Part shown: positions 8,985 to 18,317 of the stretch, in pieces
Layout: each line of letters opens with the position of its first letter
Numbering within the stretch: the stretch's first letter is position 1
Assembly (NCBI GenBank): GCA_965208575.1
Contig: CBDBOV010000001.1
Span: forward strand, 352,001-416,000
Reading direction: 5' to 3'
Length of the DNA: 64,000 bases
Source: Spirochaetia bacterium
GTDB lineage: Bacteria > Spirochaetota > Spirochaetia > SZUA-6 > Bin103
Program-made: the position numbers and the translations under genes
The notes under the pieces: generated by a model
What the model was told of the DNA's origin: nothing
Seen by the model: only the letters and a program-made list of their open reading frames with translations
The model's database searches: none

Positions 8985-10787
8985 GTGCAGAGTACCGAAC
9001 GAGTCGGCCAGCGGGTGTCGACGCTGTTCGGCAGCACGTTGCGCCACACTCCCGCCGAGGCGGACCTGGAGTCGCACGCGCTGCTGCTGCGCGCCGGCTA
9101 CGTGCGCCAGTTGGCCGCGGGCATCTTTTCCCTGCTGCCGCTCGGCTGGCGTGCGCTGCGCAAGATCGAGCAGATCCTGCGCGAGGAGATGGACCGCATC
9201 GGCGGACAGGAGCTGTCGCTGCCGGTGGTGCATCCGGCCGACTTGTGGCAGGCCACCGGGCGCTGGCAGCAGATCGACGCCACCCTGGCGCGGTTCCGCG
9301 ACCGCCGTGAGCGCGACCTGGTGCTGGCCATGACCCACGAGGAGGCGGTGGCGTTCCACGCGGCTGCCGAGATCACCTCGTACCGGCAACTCCCGGCCCT
9401 GGTGTACCAGGTGCAGACCAAGTTCCGCGACGAGTTGCGCCCGCGCGGCGGGCTGATCCGGGTGCGCGAGTTCCGGATGAAGGACTCCTACTCGCTGGAC
9501 CGCGACCAGGCCGGGCTGGAGCGCCAGTACCGCGCCCATTACGAGGCCTACCAGCGTATCGGGCAGCGCACCGGCGTGCCGCTTACCGCGGTGCGCAGCG
9601 ACACCGGTATGATGGGCGGCGCGGTCGCGCACGAGTTCATGTACCTCACCTCCGCCGGGGAGGACAGTCTCGCGCTGTGCGGTCAGTGCGGTTACGCCGC
9701 CAACCGCGACGTGGCCGAGTTCGTCCTCGAACCGGCAGCCGGCGAGCAGGCAGCGCTGGAGGAGGTGCACACCCCCGGCACCGCCACCATCGACGACCTG
9801 GCCGCCTACCTGGGCATCGCGCCGCGGCAGACGGCCAAGATGGTGTTCTACGCCGCCGCCGCGACCGATGCGGGCGGAGCCGGTCATGCGTCCGGGACCG
9901 GCGCAGAGAGAGTTGCGGTGGTGGCGGCAGTCGTGCGCGGCGACCTGGAGGTCAACCCGATCCAGGTGCAGCACCTGGCCGGCGTGGGGGAGTTGCGGCC
10001 CGCCCACGAGGACGAGATCGCGGCCACCGGCATGGTGCCGGGGTTCGCGTCGCCGGTGGGCATCGACCCGGGAGCGGCGGCCTTCGTGGTGGACCGCCAG
10101 GTGGCGGAGAGCACCAACCTGGTGATGGGCGCCAACCGCGCCGACTACCACCTGCGCAACGTGTGCTGCGGGCGCGACTACCAGCCGACCGTGGTGGGCC
10201 CGGTGGCCGCCGCCTTCGACGGCGCGCCGTGCGCCGCCTGCGGCAGTCCGCTGCGGCTCGTCCGCGGCGTCGAGGTGGGCAACATATTCCAGCTCGGCAC
10301 CCGCTACGCCGAAGCGCTGGAAGCGCGCTTCACCGACGAGGCGGGCAGCGCTCACCCCATCGTGATGGGGTCCTACGGCATCGGCCTGGAGCGGCTGCTG
10401 GCCTGCGTCGCCGAGGAGCACCGCGACGAGCACGGCCTGGTGCTGCCGGTGTCGGTGGCACCGTACCAGGTCGCCCTGGTCGCCCTGGCACGCAAGGAGG
10501 AGACCTGGCAGGCGGCCGAGCGCGTGTTCGCCGACCTGGTGGCCGCCGGCATCGAGGTGCTGTACGACGACCGCCGCGCCCTGAGCGCCGGCGTCAAGTT
10601 CAACGACGCCGACCTGCGCGGCCTGCCGCTGCGGGTGGTGATAGGCGAGCGCTCCCTGGCGGCCGGCGGCGCCGAGCTGTCCCACCGCGGCCAGCGCGAC
10701 CGCCGCACCATCCCCCTGGACGAATTGCCCGACACGCTGCATGAAGAAATCACCGCGCTGCACGCCCCTCTCACCCTTGCACCATAG
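8985..10787 (+). CDS. proS: Proline--tRNA ligase (bacterial type with INS editing domain)
   Basis: SHALLLRAGYVRQ, QTKFRDELRPRGGLIRVREF, GVEVGNIFQLG, MGSYGIGLER and GVKFNDADLRG; start uncertain (8985 or 9015). Confidence 0.96.
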   Translation: MQSTERVGQRVSTLFGSTLRHTPAEADLESHALLLRAGYVRQLAAGIFSLLPLGWRALRKIEQILREEMDRIGGQELSLPVVHPADLWQATGRWQQIDATLARFRDRRERDLVLAMTHEEAVAFHAAAEITSYRQLPALVYQVQTKFRDELRPRGGLIRVREFRMKDSYSLDRDQAGLERQYRAHYEAYQRIGQRTGVPLTAVRSDTGMMGGAVAHEFMYLTSAGEDSLALCGQCGYAANRDVAEFVLEPAAGEQAALEEVHTPGTATIDDLAAYLGIAPRQTAKMVFYAAAATDAGGAGHASGTGAERVAVVAAVVRGDLEVNPIQVQHLAGVGELRPAHEDEIAATGMVPGFASPVGIDPGAAAFVVDRQVAESTNLVMGANRADYHLRNVCCGRDYQPTVVGPVAAAFDGAPCAACGSPLRLVRGVEVGNIFQLGTRYAEALEARFTDEAGSAHPIVMGSYGIGLERLLACVAEEHRDEHGLVLPVSVAPYQVALVALARKEETWQAAERVFADLVAAGIEVLYDDRRALSAGVKFNDADLRGLPLRVVIGERSLAAGGAELSHRGQRDRRTIPLDELPDTLHEEITALHAPLTLAP

Positions 10788-10922
10788 CGACGCGCGCTTT
10801 CAGCAGACGGGTCCGAACGCCGGAAACGGCAGAATTCGCATGGCCGGGATCGACGACAGACAGCTTGCAGGAACGCACGACGGACGGCCAACTCCGCACG
10901 CGGCCACGGCGTGGAGGCGGCG

Positions 10923-13250
10923 CTACCGCGCCGGCTCGGGCGGCGGAGCTGGTCCGTAGCCGTGGCACATGCGGTGGTGCGCCAGGCACGCAAGAACCAA
11001 GTTCTCCGGCTCCGGGCCGCCCCCCTCGGCAACCGGCAGCAGGTGGTGGATCTGTAGCAGGTGGGACGAATTGCAGCGGCGACCGGTGAGCGGGTCCCGA
11101 TAGCGGCAGCGCCCCCCGTCGCGTAGCCAGACGTGACGCCGGACAGCCGCCGGAATGGAGCGCCGCGGCGGCGGCCGGCGCGCGCCGAGCGGAACATCGC
11201 GGGTGCACCGCGGCGATGCTCCCCCCGGCGAGCCGCCCGCACCACGCGCCGGCGGCACGCCGCTGGCCAACTTCGGCGCCGCAGCCGCGGCCGACCGGAT
11301 CCGCGTCGCACCAGCGCCATCGGCGGAGTCGCCGCTGCGCAACTTCTGCGCCGCAGCCGCGGCCGGCCGGATCGGCGTCGCACCAGCGCCGTCGGCGGAG
11401 CCGCCGCTGCGCAACTTCTGCGCCGCAGTCGTGGCCGGCCGGATCGGCGTCGCACCAGCGCCGTCGGCGGGGCCGCCGCCGGCGCTCTGACCCGCCGGCG
11501 CCGCAGCAACGGCGGGCGCGGCCGAAGCAGCGCCACCTGCGCGGGTGCCAACTGCCCGTGCACCGCCCGCCGGGGCGACGGGCGCAACGCCGCGCACCCC
11601 GCCAGCGTTGCGGGTCGTCGCGGCCCGCGCCTGCGCCCCGGCGGCCGCGGCCGCCGCCACGACCGAGGCTGTGCGGGTCCGCTCCCGCCGCGACGATGCC
11701 GCCGTGCCGCCCGTACGCCCCCGCCTGCCACCGCCGCCCCGCGGGTCGTGCCGCGCCACCGCCTCGCGCACCAGGAGCGCCACCAGATCCCCCCACGACA
11801 TGCGCGGGTCGACGTGCGACCGCAGGTCCTTCAGTTGGCGCAGTCCCTGCTCGCACTCCTGGTCGATGCTCACCTTCAACGTGTAGCGGTCCGGCGCCAC
11901 CGCGCGCAGCGTGTCGCGCGGCGGTACCACCTGGGGAGCGGCACTCGCCAGCAGGCCGGCGACTTGGCGCGTGGTCATGCCGGCGGCCTGCTCGATCAGT
12001 TCGCGCTGGCGCCGCGGGTGCAGCAGCGCGGCGGCCGACACCGGCCCGGCCGACCGCTCCGGGCCGGAACACGGTTCCGGGTTGGAACACGGTTCCGGGT
12101 TCCGATCACCCCGCGACGGCGCCGGTGCGAGCGCAGCGGTGCGCCGCGGCTCCGATGGCGCCGCGACCGGCAACGGTACCGGCTCGGCGCCACCCGCCGG
12201 CGGCAGCAGCGGCGCGGCCGGGCCCTGGTCCGAGGCGGCCACGGCGGGATCGGGAGCGCGCACGGGTGCCGGACAGTGCCAGGCGGCTCCGCTCGGCTCC
12301 CGCCGCGCCGGCAGCGCATCGGCATGCCGGGCGCCGAGGTGCTGCGCAGCCGCGTGGCTCGCCACCGGCACTACCGGCGTGGTCGCCGCCTCATTACCCG
12401 TGAGACCGGGCCGCGGAACACACCCCGGCGCCACACGTGGCGCGTGCAGGGTGGCGGCCGTCGAAGCCGGTGCAGCGCCCGAGGTGGCGGCACTCGAGTC
12501 CAATCGGCCCACCGGCTGCGCACCCGCCGCTGCCGGGCGGGCACCGACTGCCGCCGAGTCGTCCGCCTCGTGGCCTCCGGCGTCACCGAGCGACCGCGCC
12601 GCCGGCTCGTCCGGCGGTCGGCTGCAGCCGTCGCTCACGGTGTGCCGGTCTTCGCGGCCCCCGGCGGCACGGGACGACCGCGCCGACGAGCCGTCCGATG
12701 ATGGTCCGCAACGGTCGCTCACCGTATGCCGGTCCTCGCGGCCTCCGGCGTCACCGAGCGATCGCGCTACCGGCTCGTCCGGCGGTCGGCTGCAGCCGTC
12801 GTTCCCGCCATACCGGTCCTCGCGGCCCCCGGCGGCACCGAACGACCGCGCCTCCTGGTCGACGGCGGCCACGCCGGGCGGCGCCGATGCCGTCACCGCC
12901 GCGGCACCGGCCATCCCCGCTCCCGACGCTTCGGCATCCTGGTCACCCGCTCCGCTCAGCGCAGCAGGCAGCCCATGCAGACCTTCGCAGCGCTCCTGAT
13001 CGACGCGCGCGCTCGCTCCCCGGCACTGGCGCTCGGCCGCCCCAAACGCGGTCTCCAACTGCGCCGCCGACGTCACACTCAGTTCGCCGCTGTGCAGCAT
13101 GGCCCGCACCCAGCCATGCCGCCGGCACAACCTCATGGTCTGAATACGCCGTTGCGCGGCCGCGTCGGTGAACCGCAACTCCCGCACCGCGTAGTCGAAC
13201 AGGCTCGAGAACCCGCGCCGCAGCGCCAGCCCGCGCCGGTCGATCTCGCA
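10923..13250 (-). CDS. HNH endonuclease-domain protein (DUF222-like N-region), 5'-truncated, with long Ala/Pro/Gly-rich linkers
   Basis: EIDRRGLALRRGFSSLFDYAVREL N-domain; C-terminal RSIPAAVRRHVWLRDGGRC...C...QIHHLLPVAEGG...NLVLACLAHH. The ORF part above about 13250 is antisense PLD sequence. Confidence 0.75.
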   Translation of the reverse strand, partial: CEIDRRGLALRRGFSSLFDYAVRELRFTDAAAQRRIQTMRLCRRHGWVRAMLHSGELSVTSAAQLETAFGAAERQCRGASARVDQERCEGLHGLPAALSGAGDQDAEASGAGMAGAAAVTASAPPGVAAVDQEARSFGAAGGREDRYGGNDGCSRPPDEPVARSLGDAGGREDRHTVSDRCGPSSDGSSARSSRAAGGREDRHTVSDGCSRPPDEPAARSLGDAGGHEADDSAAVGARPAAAGAQPVGRLDSSAATSGAAPASTAATLHAPRVAPGCVPRPGLTGNEAATTPVVPVASHAAAQHLGARHADALPARREPSGAAWHCPAPVRAPDPAVAASDQGPAAPLLPPAGGAEPVPLPVAAPSEPRRTAALAPAPSRGDRNPEPCSNPEPCSGPERSAGPVSAAALLHPRRQRELIEQAAGMTTRQVAGLLASAAPQVVPPRDTLRAVAPDRYTLKVSIDQECEQGLRQLKDLRSHVDPRMSWGDLVALLVREAVARHDPRGGGGRRGRTGGTAASSRRERTRTASVVAAAAAAGAQARAATTRNAGGVRGVAPVAPAGGARAVGTRAGGAASAAPAVAAAPAGQSAGGGPADGAGATPIRPATTAAQKLRSGGSADGAGATPIRPAAAAAQKLRSGDSADGAGATRIRSAAAAAPKLASGVPPARGAGGSPGGASPRCTRDVPLGARRPPPRRSIPAAVRRHVWLRDGGRCRYRDPLTGRRCNSSHLLQIHHLLPVAEGGGPEPENLVLACLAHHRMCHGYGPAPPPEPAR
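11259..11475. repeat. 72-bp tandem repeat x3 inside the HNH gene
   Basis: Unit gccgctgcgcaacttctgcgccgcag...gcaccagcgccgtcggcggag starts at about 11259, 11331 and 11403 (24-aa unit). Confidence 0.85.
12064..12103. repeat. 18-bp tandem repeat inside the HNH gene
   Basis: ggaacacggttccgggtt occurs twice (NPEPCS NPEPCS). Confidence 0.8.
12560..12852. repeat. 84-bp tandem repeat, about 3.5 copies, inside the HNH gene
   Basis: 28-aa unit ARSxGxAGGREDRxxxxDxCxxxxDxxx repeated. Confidence 0.8.
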
Positions 13251-13514
13251 GACGGTGTCAGCGACATCGCCGCGTTGCGCAAATTGTTGGATTTCGGCGC
13301 GCCGATCCGAGGTATTCGTGACCTGCACGCCAAGGTTTACCTGTTTGGTACTCGGCGGGCAATCGTGACATCGGCGAATCTCACCGAGGCAGGACTGTCC
13401 CGCAATCCAGAATTCGGGATGATTACCGACGAAAGAGCGGCCGTTCGAGCATGCCGAAGCTATTTCGATGATTTGTGGCAACGCGGCGGTGGCGCACCCG
13501 GCGCACCCAAGTAG
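13248..13514 (+). pseudogene. Fragment of PLD-superfamily (PLDc_2) nuclease
   Basis: ADGVSDIAALRKLL...DLHAKVYLFG...IVTSANLT...NPEFG...YFDDLW contains HxK, SANLT and NxE; no start codon of its own; visibly lower GC. Confidence 0.8.
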
Positions 13515-13516
13515 AC

Positions 13517-13545
13517 TTGACCCTCAATCAGTAACCCCGTATTCT
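13517..13545 (+). promoter_or_regulatory. Sigma70-like promoter
   Basis: TTGACC-17 bp-TATTCT. Confidence 0.5.
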
Positions 13546-13680
13546 CATGGTTCAGGGTTCCTGATACGTAGACCCTGACTTCAACGGTGGCTCTGTTCGT
13601 TGCGGTCTTAGCAATCTGATAGTTTCTTACTCTTAATCTATTTGTAATATCTGAGAGATCAGAGTTGCTGCAACCGCAGT

Positions 13681-13848
13681 GGCGAAGTGGGCTATAGTTC
13701 CATTGGGTATATTGGGCCTCGGCTTCACGTAGTGATTTATACGGTCCGTGACGGTGCGAGGCGTATCATCAGCCTGCGCAAGGCGAACAAGCGGGAGGAA
13801 GCGAACTATGCCACCGCTCAAGCCGGACCATATCAGTCCGACGGATGA
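13681..13848 (+). pseudogene. brnT: BrnT toxin, C-terminal half only
   Basis: GEVGYSSIGYIGPRLHVVIYTVRDGARRIISLRKANKREE; in-frame TAA at 13645 and no start codon; overlaps the brnA start. Confidence 0.8.
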
Positions 13849-14131
13849 CGAGAACGCTGCAATCGACGCCGGCATCGCAGCCGATCCTGACACGTTTGAG
13901 TTGGACGCGGTGTGGTTCAGGCATGCGCGTCTCGCCTTTGAAGTCGATCCTGATCTAGCGACGCACCCCCGCGTTGCGAGTGACAGTCCGAGGTCTGCGC
14001 GAAGGGAGCGCGTCACGATCATCCTGGATGCCGACATTGCACAGCATTTCCGATCCACCGGGAGCGACTGGCAGGCTCGGCTAAACGAGACACTGCGTCG
14101 TGCCGTGTTCGGCACCGGCAGTCGAGCATAA
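13808..14131 (+). CDS. brnA: BrnA antitoxin
   Basis: AGIAADPDTFELD...RVTIILDADIAQHFRSTGSDWQARLNETLR. Confidence 0.88.
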   Translation: MPPLKPDHISPTDDENAAIDAGIAADPDTFELDAVWFRHARLAFEVDPDLATHPRVASDSPRSARRERVTIILDADIAQHFRSTGSDWQARLNETLRRAVFGTGSRA

Positions 14132-14248
14132 CTCTGCAAGGGATCGCTGGATAGTCCGCCGGGAGCGCCGGAGCGCCGCGGTTCGGATGGCATCCTCCCC
14201 AGATGGCGGCGCCGCCGGGGCGTCAACCACGAGCGCTGAGCGGATCAC
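14081..14248 (-). pseudogene. Possible VapC/PIN toxin N-terminal remnant
   Basis: GTG overlaps the antitoxin stop (GTGA); MIRSALVVDA resembles the first PIN strand, and the rest is not PIN-like. Confidence 0.4.
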
Positions 14249-14475
14249 CCCAGTTGCTCGTCGCGTCCCGCTCGCTCCTGTTCCAGCACTTGTGCTGCCG
14301 GGACGCCGAGCTTCGTAGTCGAACGTCCCGCGAACCGTCCCTGCCATTCCTGGCGCGCGAGTTCGCGTTCCACCGCGTCCAGGACCACCTCGCTCATTGT
14401 TCGCCTGCTCGCACGCGCGTGGCGGCGCAGGCGTTCGTGCAGTTCCGGGGGCACATTCTTGACCAGGAGGTCCAT
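14245..14475 (-). CDS. FitA/VapB-like ribbon-helix-helix antitoxin
   Basis: LLVKNVPPELHERLRRHARASRRTMSEVVLDAVE. Confidence 0.8.
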   Translation of the reverse strand: MDLLVKNVPPELHERLRRHARASRRTMSEVVLDAVERELARQEWQGRFAGRSTTKLGVPAAQVLEQERAGRDEQLG

Positions 14476-14559
14476 GGGATCCTTATAGCATGACGGGAGG
14501 GTGGCAGGGACAAGTGCCGGCCCACCGAGTCTGCCGTAAGCTTCGGGGTAGCATAGCGA

Positions 14560-15708
14560 TCAGAGGCGGTCGGGAGAGGGGATGTGGAAGGGGAGGGGAC
14601 ACCATGAGCAGAGGGTGGCGGAGACGGCGCCGGGTGCGGGGAAGGCGCCCGGAAGTGGGCCGGCGAGCGCGCGCAGTGCTTCCGCGGCGGTGAGACGAAG
14701 GTGTGGCGCGGCGTTGGCAGGCTCGCAGCCGGCCTGCGCGCGGTCCACCCACAGCCGCAGGCTGCCGCCGCCGGCGATCCGGACCACCGCCTCGCCGGCG
14801 GGCAGGGGCTCGGAGTGCGCCCGCTCGGCGAGCAGTGCGGTCAGCACGGCGGGCCAGTCGAATACCTGCCAATTGCCGCAGCATTGCACGCGCGTGGAGT
14901 CTGCCAGCGCGCCGAGCCGGCGAGCCAGGGCGCGCTGCCATGGCGAGACCGCCACCTTCACCTGCGGCGCGGACCGTTCGGCGCGCCAGGCCGCGGCCAC
15001 CCGCACCGCGGTAGCGGCGTCCACGGCCACCAGTTCGGTGACGGTGCTCCGGTCACGGCCCGCCACCATGTAGGCGACCAGTTCCTCCGCCTCCAGGGCC
15101 GCGTGCAGGGCGCCGTCCCAGCTCGCACAGATGCGGGGCAGCTCCGCCGGCGGCCGGCGCCAGTGCACCCGTTGGCTGGCGTGCAGCCGTGCGGCCCGTT
15201 CCAGCAACGCATCGCCCTCCAGCAGCCGACGGAACCGTACCACATCCGCGGCGGCGCCGGCGCCGGCGAAGTCGCGCTCGGTGAGCCGGAATGTGATCTC
15301 GGCGCCGGCGCGCTCGTAGCCGAAGTGACGGTAGCGGTGGCCGAGGCCGTCCAGCCAGGAGAGGTGGCAGCCGTCCGCCCGCGCTTCGGCGACGCAGTGC
15401 CCGACCACCGCGCGCATCAGGCCGCGCCCGCGGTGGCGCGGGTGGGTGGCCACGGCGCCGATGCCGGCCACCCGCAGCGCCGTGTCGCCGACCTGCCAGG
15501 TCAACGGGTAGCTGCCGGCTATGGCCACAAGGGCGCCGTTCTCGCGTACGCCCCAGTGGCGGCGCACCAGCTCCGGCTCGGGCCGGTACAGCTTCGGCAA
15601 CATCTTCTCGAAGTCGTGCGGCCCGTAGGTGTGGCTGAACACGTAGTTGATGAGGTCGATCGCTTCCTCAAAGTCGTCGAGGGTCAGTTGCAATACCTGC
15701 GTGCTCAT
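14560..15708 (-). CDS. Eis-like GNAT acetyltransferase
   Basis: AGIGAVATHPRHRGRGLMR acetyl-CoA motif and YRHFGYE; GGAGG RBS. Confidence 0.85.
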   Translation of the reverse strand: MSTQVLQLTLDDFEEAIDLINYVFSHTYGPHDFEKMLPKLYRPEPELVRRHWGVRENGALVAIAGSYPLTWQVGDTALRVAGIGAVATHPRHRGRGLMRAVVGHCVAEARADGCHLSWLDGLGHRYRHFGYERAGAEITFRLTERDFAGAGAAADVVRFRRLLEGDALLERAARLHASQRVHWRRPPAELPRICASWDGALHAALEAEELVAYMVAGRDRSTVTELVAVDAATAVRVAAAWRAERSAPQVKVAVSPWQRALARRLGALADSTRVQCCGNWQVFDWPAVLTALLAERAHSEPLPAGEAVVRIAGGGSLRLWVDRAQAGCEPANAAPHLRLTAAEALRALAGPLPGAFPAPGAVSATLCSWCPLPFHIPSPDRL

Positions 15709-16009
15709 CGCGGCCTCCACGACGGGCGGCGGATCGCCACACCATCGGCGGCCACGTTACCCGTCAGCCTCCCGGCAGACAACTCGCAAGGAACATCCCC
15801 CAGCCCTCCGACTGACGAAGTACAGGCGCCGGCAGCTCTCCACGGCACGCCGATTCGACGGCACGGCCGCGGCTTCGGAAGCGGGGCTTGCACTGTTGGC
15901 GGATGCTGCGGGCCTACGGCAGGCACGTTGCGCCGCACGCGCTGCCGCACTGCTGCTGCGGCGCAGCCAACTTGGTCAGCGTGGCGCAAGCCGCTATGAT
16001 GGTCCCGTT

Positions 16010-17116
16010 ATGGGTGACGCATACGTTGCGGAGGGAGTGCGGCGGGCCGCCGCGCTGGGCAATCGCGGACCGCTGGAGTTCACGGACGACGGCGCGCTGG
16101 CGCCGCACATCGACGACGCCTACTGGCGGACCGGGTTCTACATCTTCGAAGGCGTGTTCGGCGACGACGAGGTGGCCGACCTGGTAGCCGACTTCGACCG
16201 CTTCCTGGAACGGACGCCCACTTCCAGCACGGCGACCACCGACGCGGCGGGCCGCCCTGCCTTGTCACCGGGGCCAGGCGGCAGGAAGCGCTTCACGTTC
16301 GGCAAGCCGCTCGGCGACCCGTTCGGCGGCACGGGTGCCGCGCGCGGCCGCTACCAGGCCCGGATGACCGAGTACGACGCTCCCGACGACGCACCCGAGG
16401 AGGTGCTGGTCAACGTGGTCGGGGCGCTGCAGTTCATGGACAGCTTCCTGCGCCTGTACGGCCACCCGGAGTTGCTCGCGGTAGCGGCGCATGTCAACGG
16501 CCCCGACTTCGTGCCGTTCCGCGAGGCGCTGTGGATCAAGGAGGCGGGCCTCGGGCCGTCCACCGCCTGGCACCAGGACGGCACCACCCACTGGGACAAC
16601 CCGGAGCTGGACGCCGGCACGCACGGTTTCAACTTCATGGCGCAGCTTTATCCCACCACCGCCGAGAACGGGCTGTGGCTCATCCCCGGCTCCCACTGCA
16701 CCGGCAAGATCGACATCAAGGCGCGCGTGGCGGCCAACGGCGGCTCCGACCGCCTGCCGGGCGCGGTGCCGATGGTGTGCCGGCCCGGCGACATCGCGCT
16801 GGTCAACCGCCAGATCCTGCACGGCGCCTTTGCCAACCGCTCCGAGCGCCGCCGCGTGTCGCTGACTTTCGGCTTCCACCGCCGCGCCAGCATCGCCGGC
16901 GTCGTGGGCGAGCAGCCGGAGCCGTATAGCGACGAGCGCATCCACCGCCGCGCCCGCGTCATCGCGCTCGGCATCGACGCCCGCCGGCAGCGCTTCCCCG
17001 ACGAACCGACCTTCGCCTACCGACCGCTCGCCGCCGAGGCCGCCGCCAACCGCTGGAACGAGGCCAACCGCCAAGCCGTCCTGACCGACTACGAGCAGTA
17101 CGACCTCGGCATCTGA
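16010..17116 (+). CDS. PhyH family dioxygenase (paralog of 896-2002)
   Basis: GLGPSTAWHQDGTTHWD, LIPGSH and ILHGAFAN. Confidence 0.9.
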   Translation: MGDAYVAEGVRRAAALGNRGPLEFTDDGALAPHIDDAYWRTGFYIFEGVFGDDEVADLVADFDRFLERTPTSSTATTDAAGRPALSPGPGGRKRFTFGKPLGDPFGGTGAARGRYQARMTEYDAPDDAPEEVLVNVVGALQFMDSFLRLYGHPELLAVAAHVNGPDFVPFREALWIKEAGLGPSTAWHQDGTTHWDNPELDAGTHGFNFMAQLYPTTAENGLWLIPGSHCTGKIDIKARVAANGGSDRLPGAVPMVCRPGDIALVNRQILHGAFANRSERRRVSLTFGFHRRASIAGVVGEQPEPYSDERIHRRARVIALGIDARRQRFPDEPTFAYRPLAAEAAANRWNEANRQAVLTDYEQYDLGI

Positions 17117-17154
17117 CGCGCACCCTGCCGGGTTCCCGCTGGTAGGCCAGCTCC

Positions 17155-17832
17155 CTACCGGCGCGCGATGCGGCACGGCCGCCACCGCTTCGACCAGTGT
17201 TCGTCCGACTGCACGTGCCCAACGCGCACGCTCTTGCAGACGCTGCGCGGGAACTCCGCCGCCGGGAACCCTGCGGCAAGGCGCAGCACGACTCCCTCGC
17301 GCTCACCGCCGAGCGCTGACGGCTGACCGTGCGCTTCGCTGACGAAGTCGCGCACCTGCCGCACCGAGTCGAACGTCCCCTCAAACAGCACCGGCACGAC
17401 CGGGATGGCGTGCGTCGTGGCATACTCCGTCATCTCGTGGAACGAGCCGAACGACCCACCCTTGAGCCGCAGTGCGAACGCGTAGAACGTCCTGTCCTCC
17501 GGCACCGGGTCATACTCGATGCTGTGCACGCCGTAGATATCCTCGCCGTAGAGAAACACGTCAGGCTCGGTGACCTTCCATGCGTGGTGCTTCCTGACCA
17601 TCCCCAGCCACTTCGCCGCCGCAGGAGCCGAGACACTGCGCGCATACACCTCGCCCCGATGCAACAGCGTGTTGCTCCCATCCAGCTTCTCGGTAACCAC
17701 GACCGCCGGCCCCACGAACGGCTCCGGATCAGCGACTACATCGCCATGCCGGGCTTGCGTTGGCGAATAGAGCAAGTACGGCATCCGAGGATACTTCCAC
17801 CCCCGAGAGGCTACCAGGAGAGTTGCGCTCAC
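17155..17832 (-). CDS. ATP-dependent RNA ligase family protein
   Basis: KYPRMPYL N-motif; motif I TEKLDGSN; YARS; LYGED; FYAF; REGVVLR; VCKSVR. GTG start overlaps the upstream TAG. Confidence 0.85.
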   Translation of the reverse strand: MSATLLVASRGWKYPRMPYLLYSPTQARHGDVVADPEPFVGPAVVVTEKLDGSNTLLHRGEVYARSVSAPAAAKWLGMVRKHHAWKVTEPDVFLYGEDIYGVHSIEYDPVPEDRTFYAFALRLKGGSFGSFHEMTEYATTHAIPVVPVLFEGTFDSVRQVRDFVSEAHGQPSALGGEREGVVLRLAAGFPAAEFPRSVCKSVRVGHVQSDEHWSKRWRPCRIARR

Positions 17833-18317
17833 TATTCGGTTGTCGCCTTTGATGCATGCTGCGGGCAAAGCTGCCGGACCCTCACTCCCAAGTCGCGCAC
17901 GAGCGTTTCCTGCTCACTCCAGTCGCTGTCCGTGGCGTTGAGAATCTCGGCCTTGCCCACCACTGCGACCGCCAGGAACTTGCGATCGGATGGATCGAAC
18001 TCGTTCTCCGGTAGTTCCTCGAAGCTGCGGTTTTGATCGTTGCAGGGAGTGATCGCAACCCGACGCACTCTCGTCCCACCGTACATGTGATCATGAACGT
18101 GCTTGAAGAATGCATCTCCTACTCCTGGCGCTCCTGCGAAACTCAACCGACTCCGGTACTCATCGAAAATGAGACTGTTGTCGTCAAGCAGTATTGCCGC
18201 GTTCCCGCAGACGGCTCTCAGTTTTTCGACGCACGCCAGTTGACAAACTAGATCTGCGTGAGTGTCCTTTCCGTTGGCGGCGATAGCAACGTTGGTATCG
18301 ACAACGATATTGGTCAT
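17832..18317 (-). CDS. PIN-domain nuclease
   Basis: IVVDTNV, IFDEY, DPSDRKFLAVA and NATDSDW acidic active-site residues; ATGA overlap with the ATPase. Confidence 0.8.
   Translation of the reverse strand: MTNIVVDTNVAIAANGKDTHADLVCQLACVEKLRAVCGNAAILLDDNSLIFDEYRSRLSFAGAPGVGDAFFKHVHDHMYGGTRVRRVAITPCNDQNRSFEELPENEFDPSDRKFLAVAVVGKAEILNATDSDWSEQETLVRDLGVRVRQLCPQHASKATTE

Noticed and set aside
8968-9015. T-box leader for proS
   Set aside because: The intergenic distance is far too short.
857-10763. Long antisense and alternative-frame ORFs (e.g. 857-2083, 7015-8910, 8826-10763, and similar ones throughout)
   Set aside because: These are shadow ORFs caused by high GC3; they overlap well-supported genes and lack motifs.
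13492-13680. Retron msr-msd (gcgcaccc recalls the Ec86 a1 arm and a long hairpin follows)
   Set aside because: There is no complementary a2 arm and no reverse transcriptase in the window; kept only as a generic structured segment.
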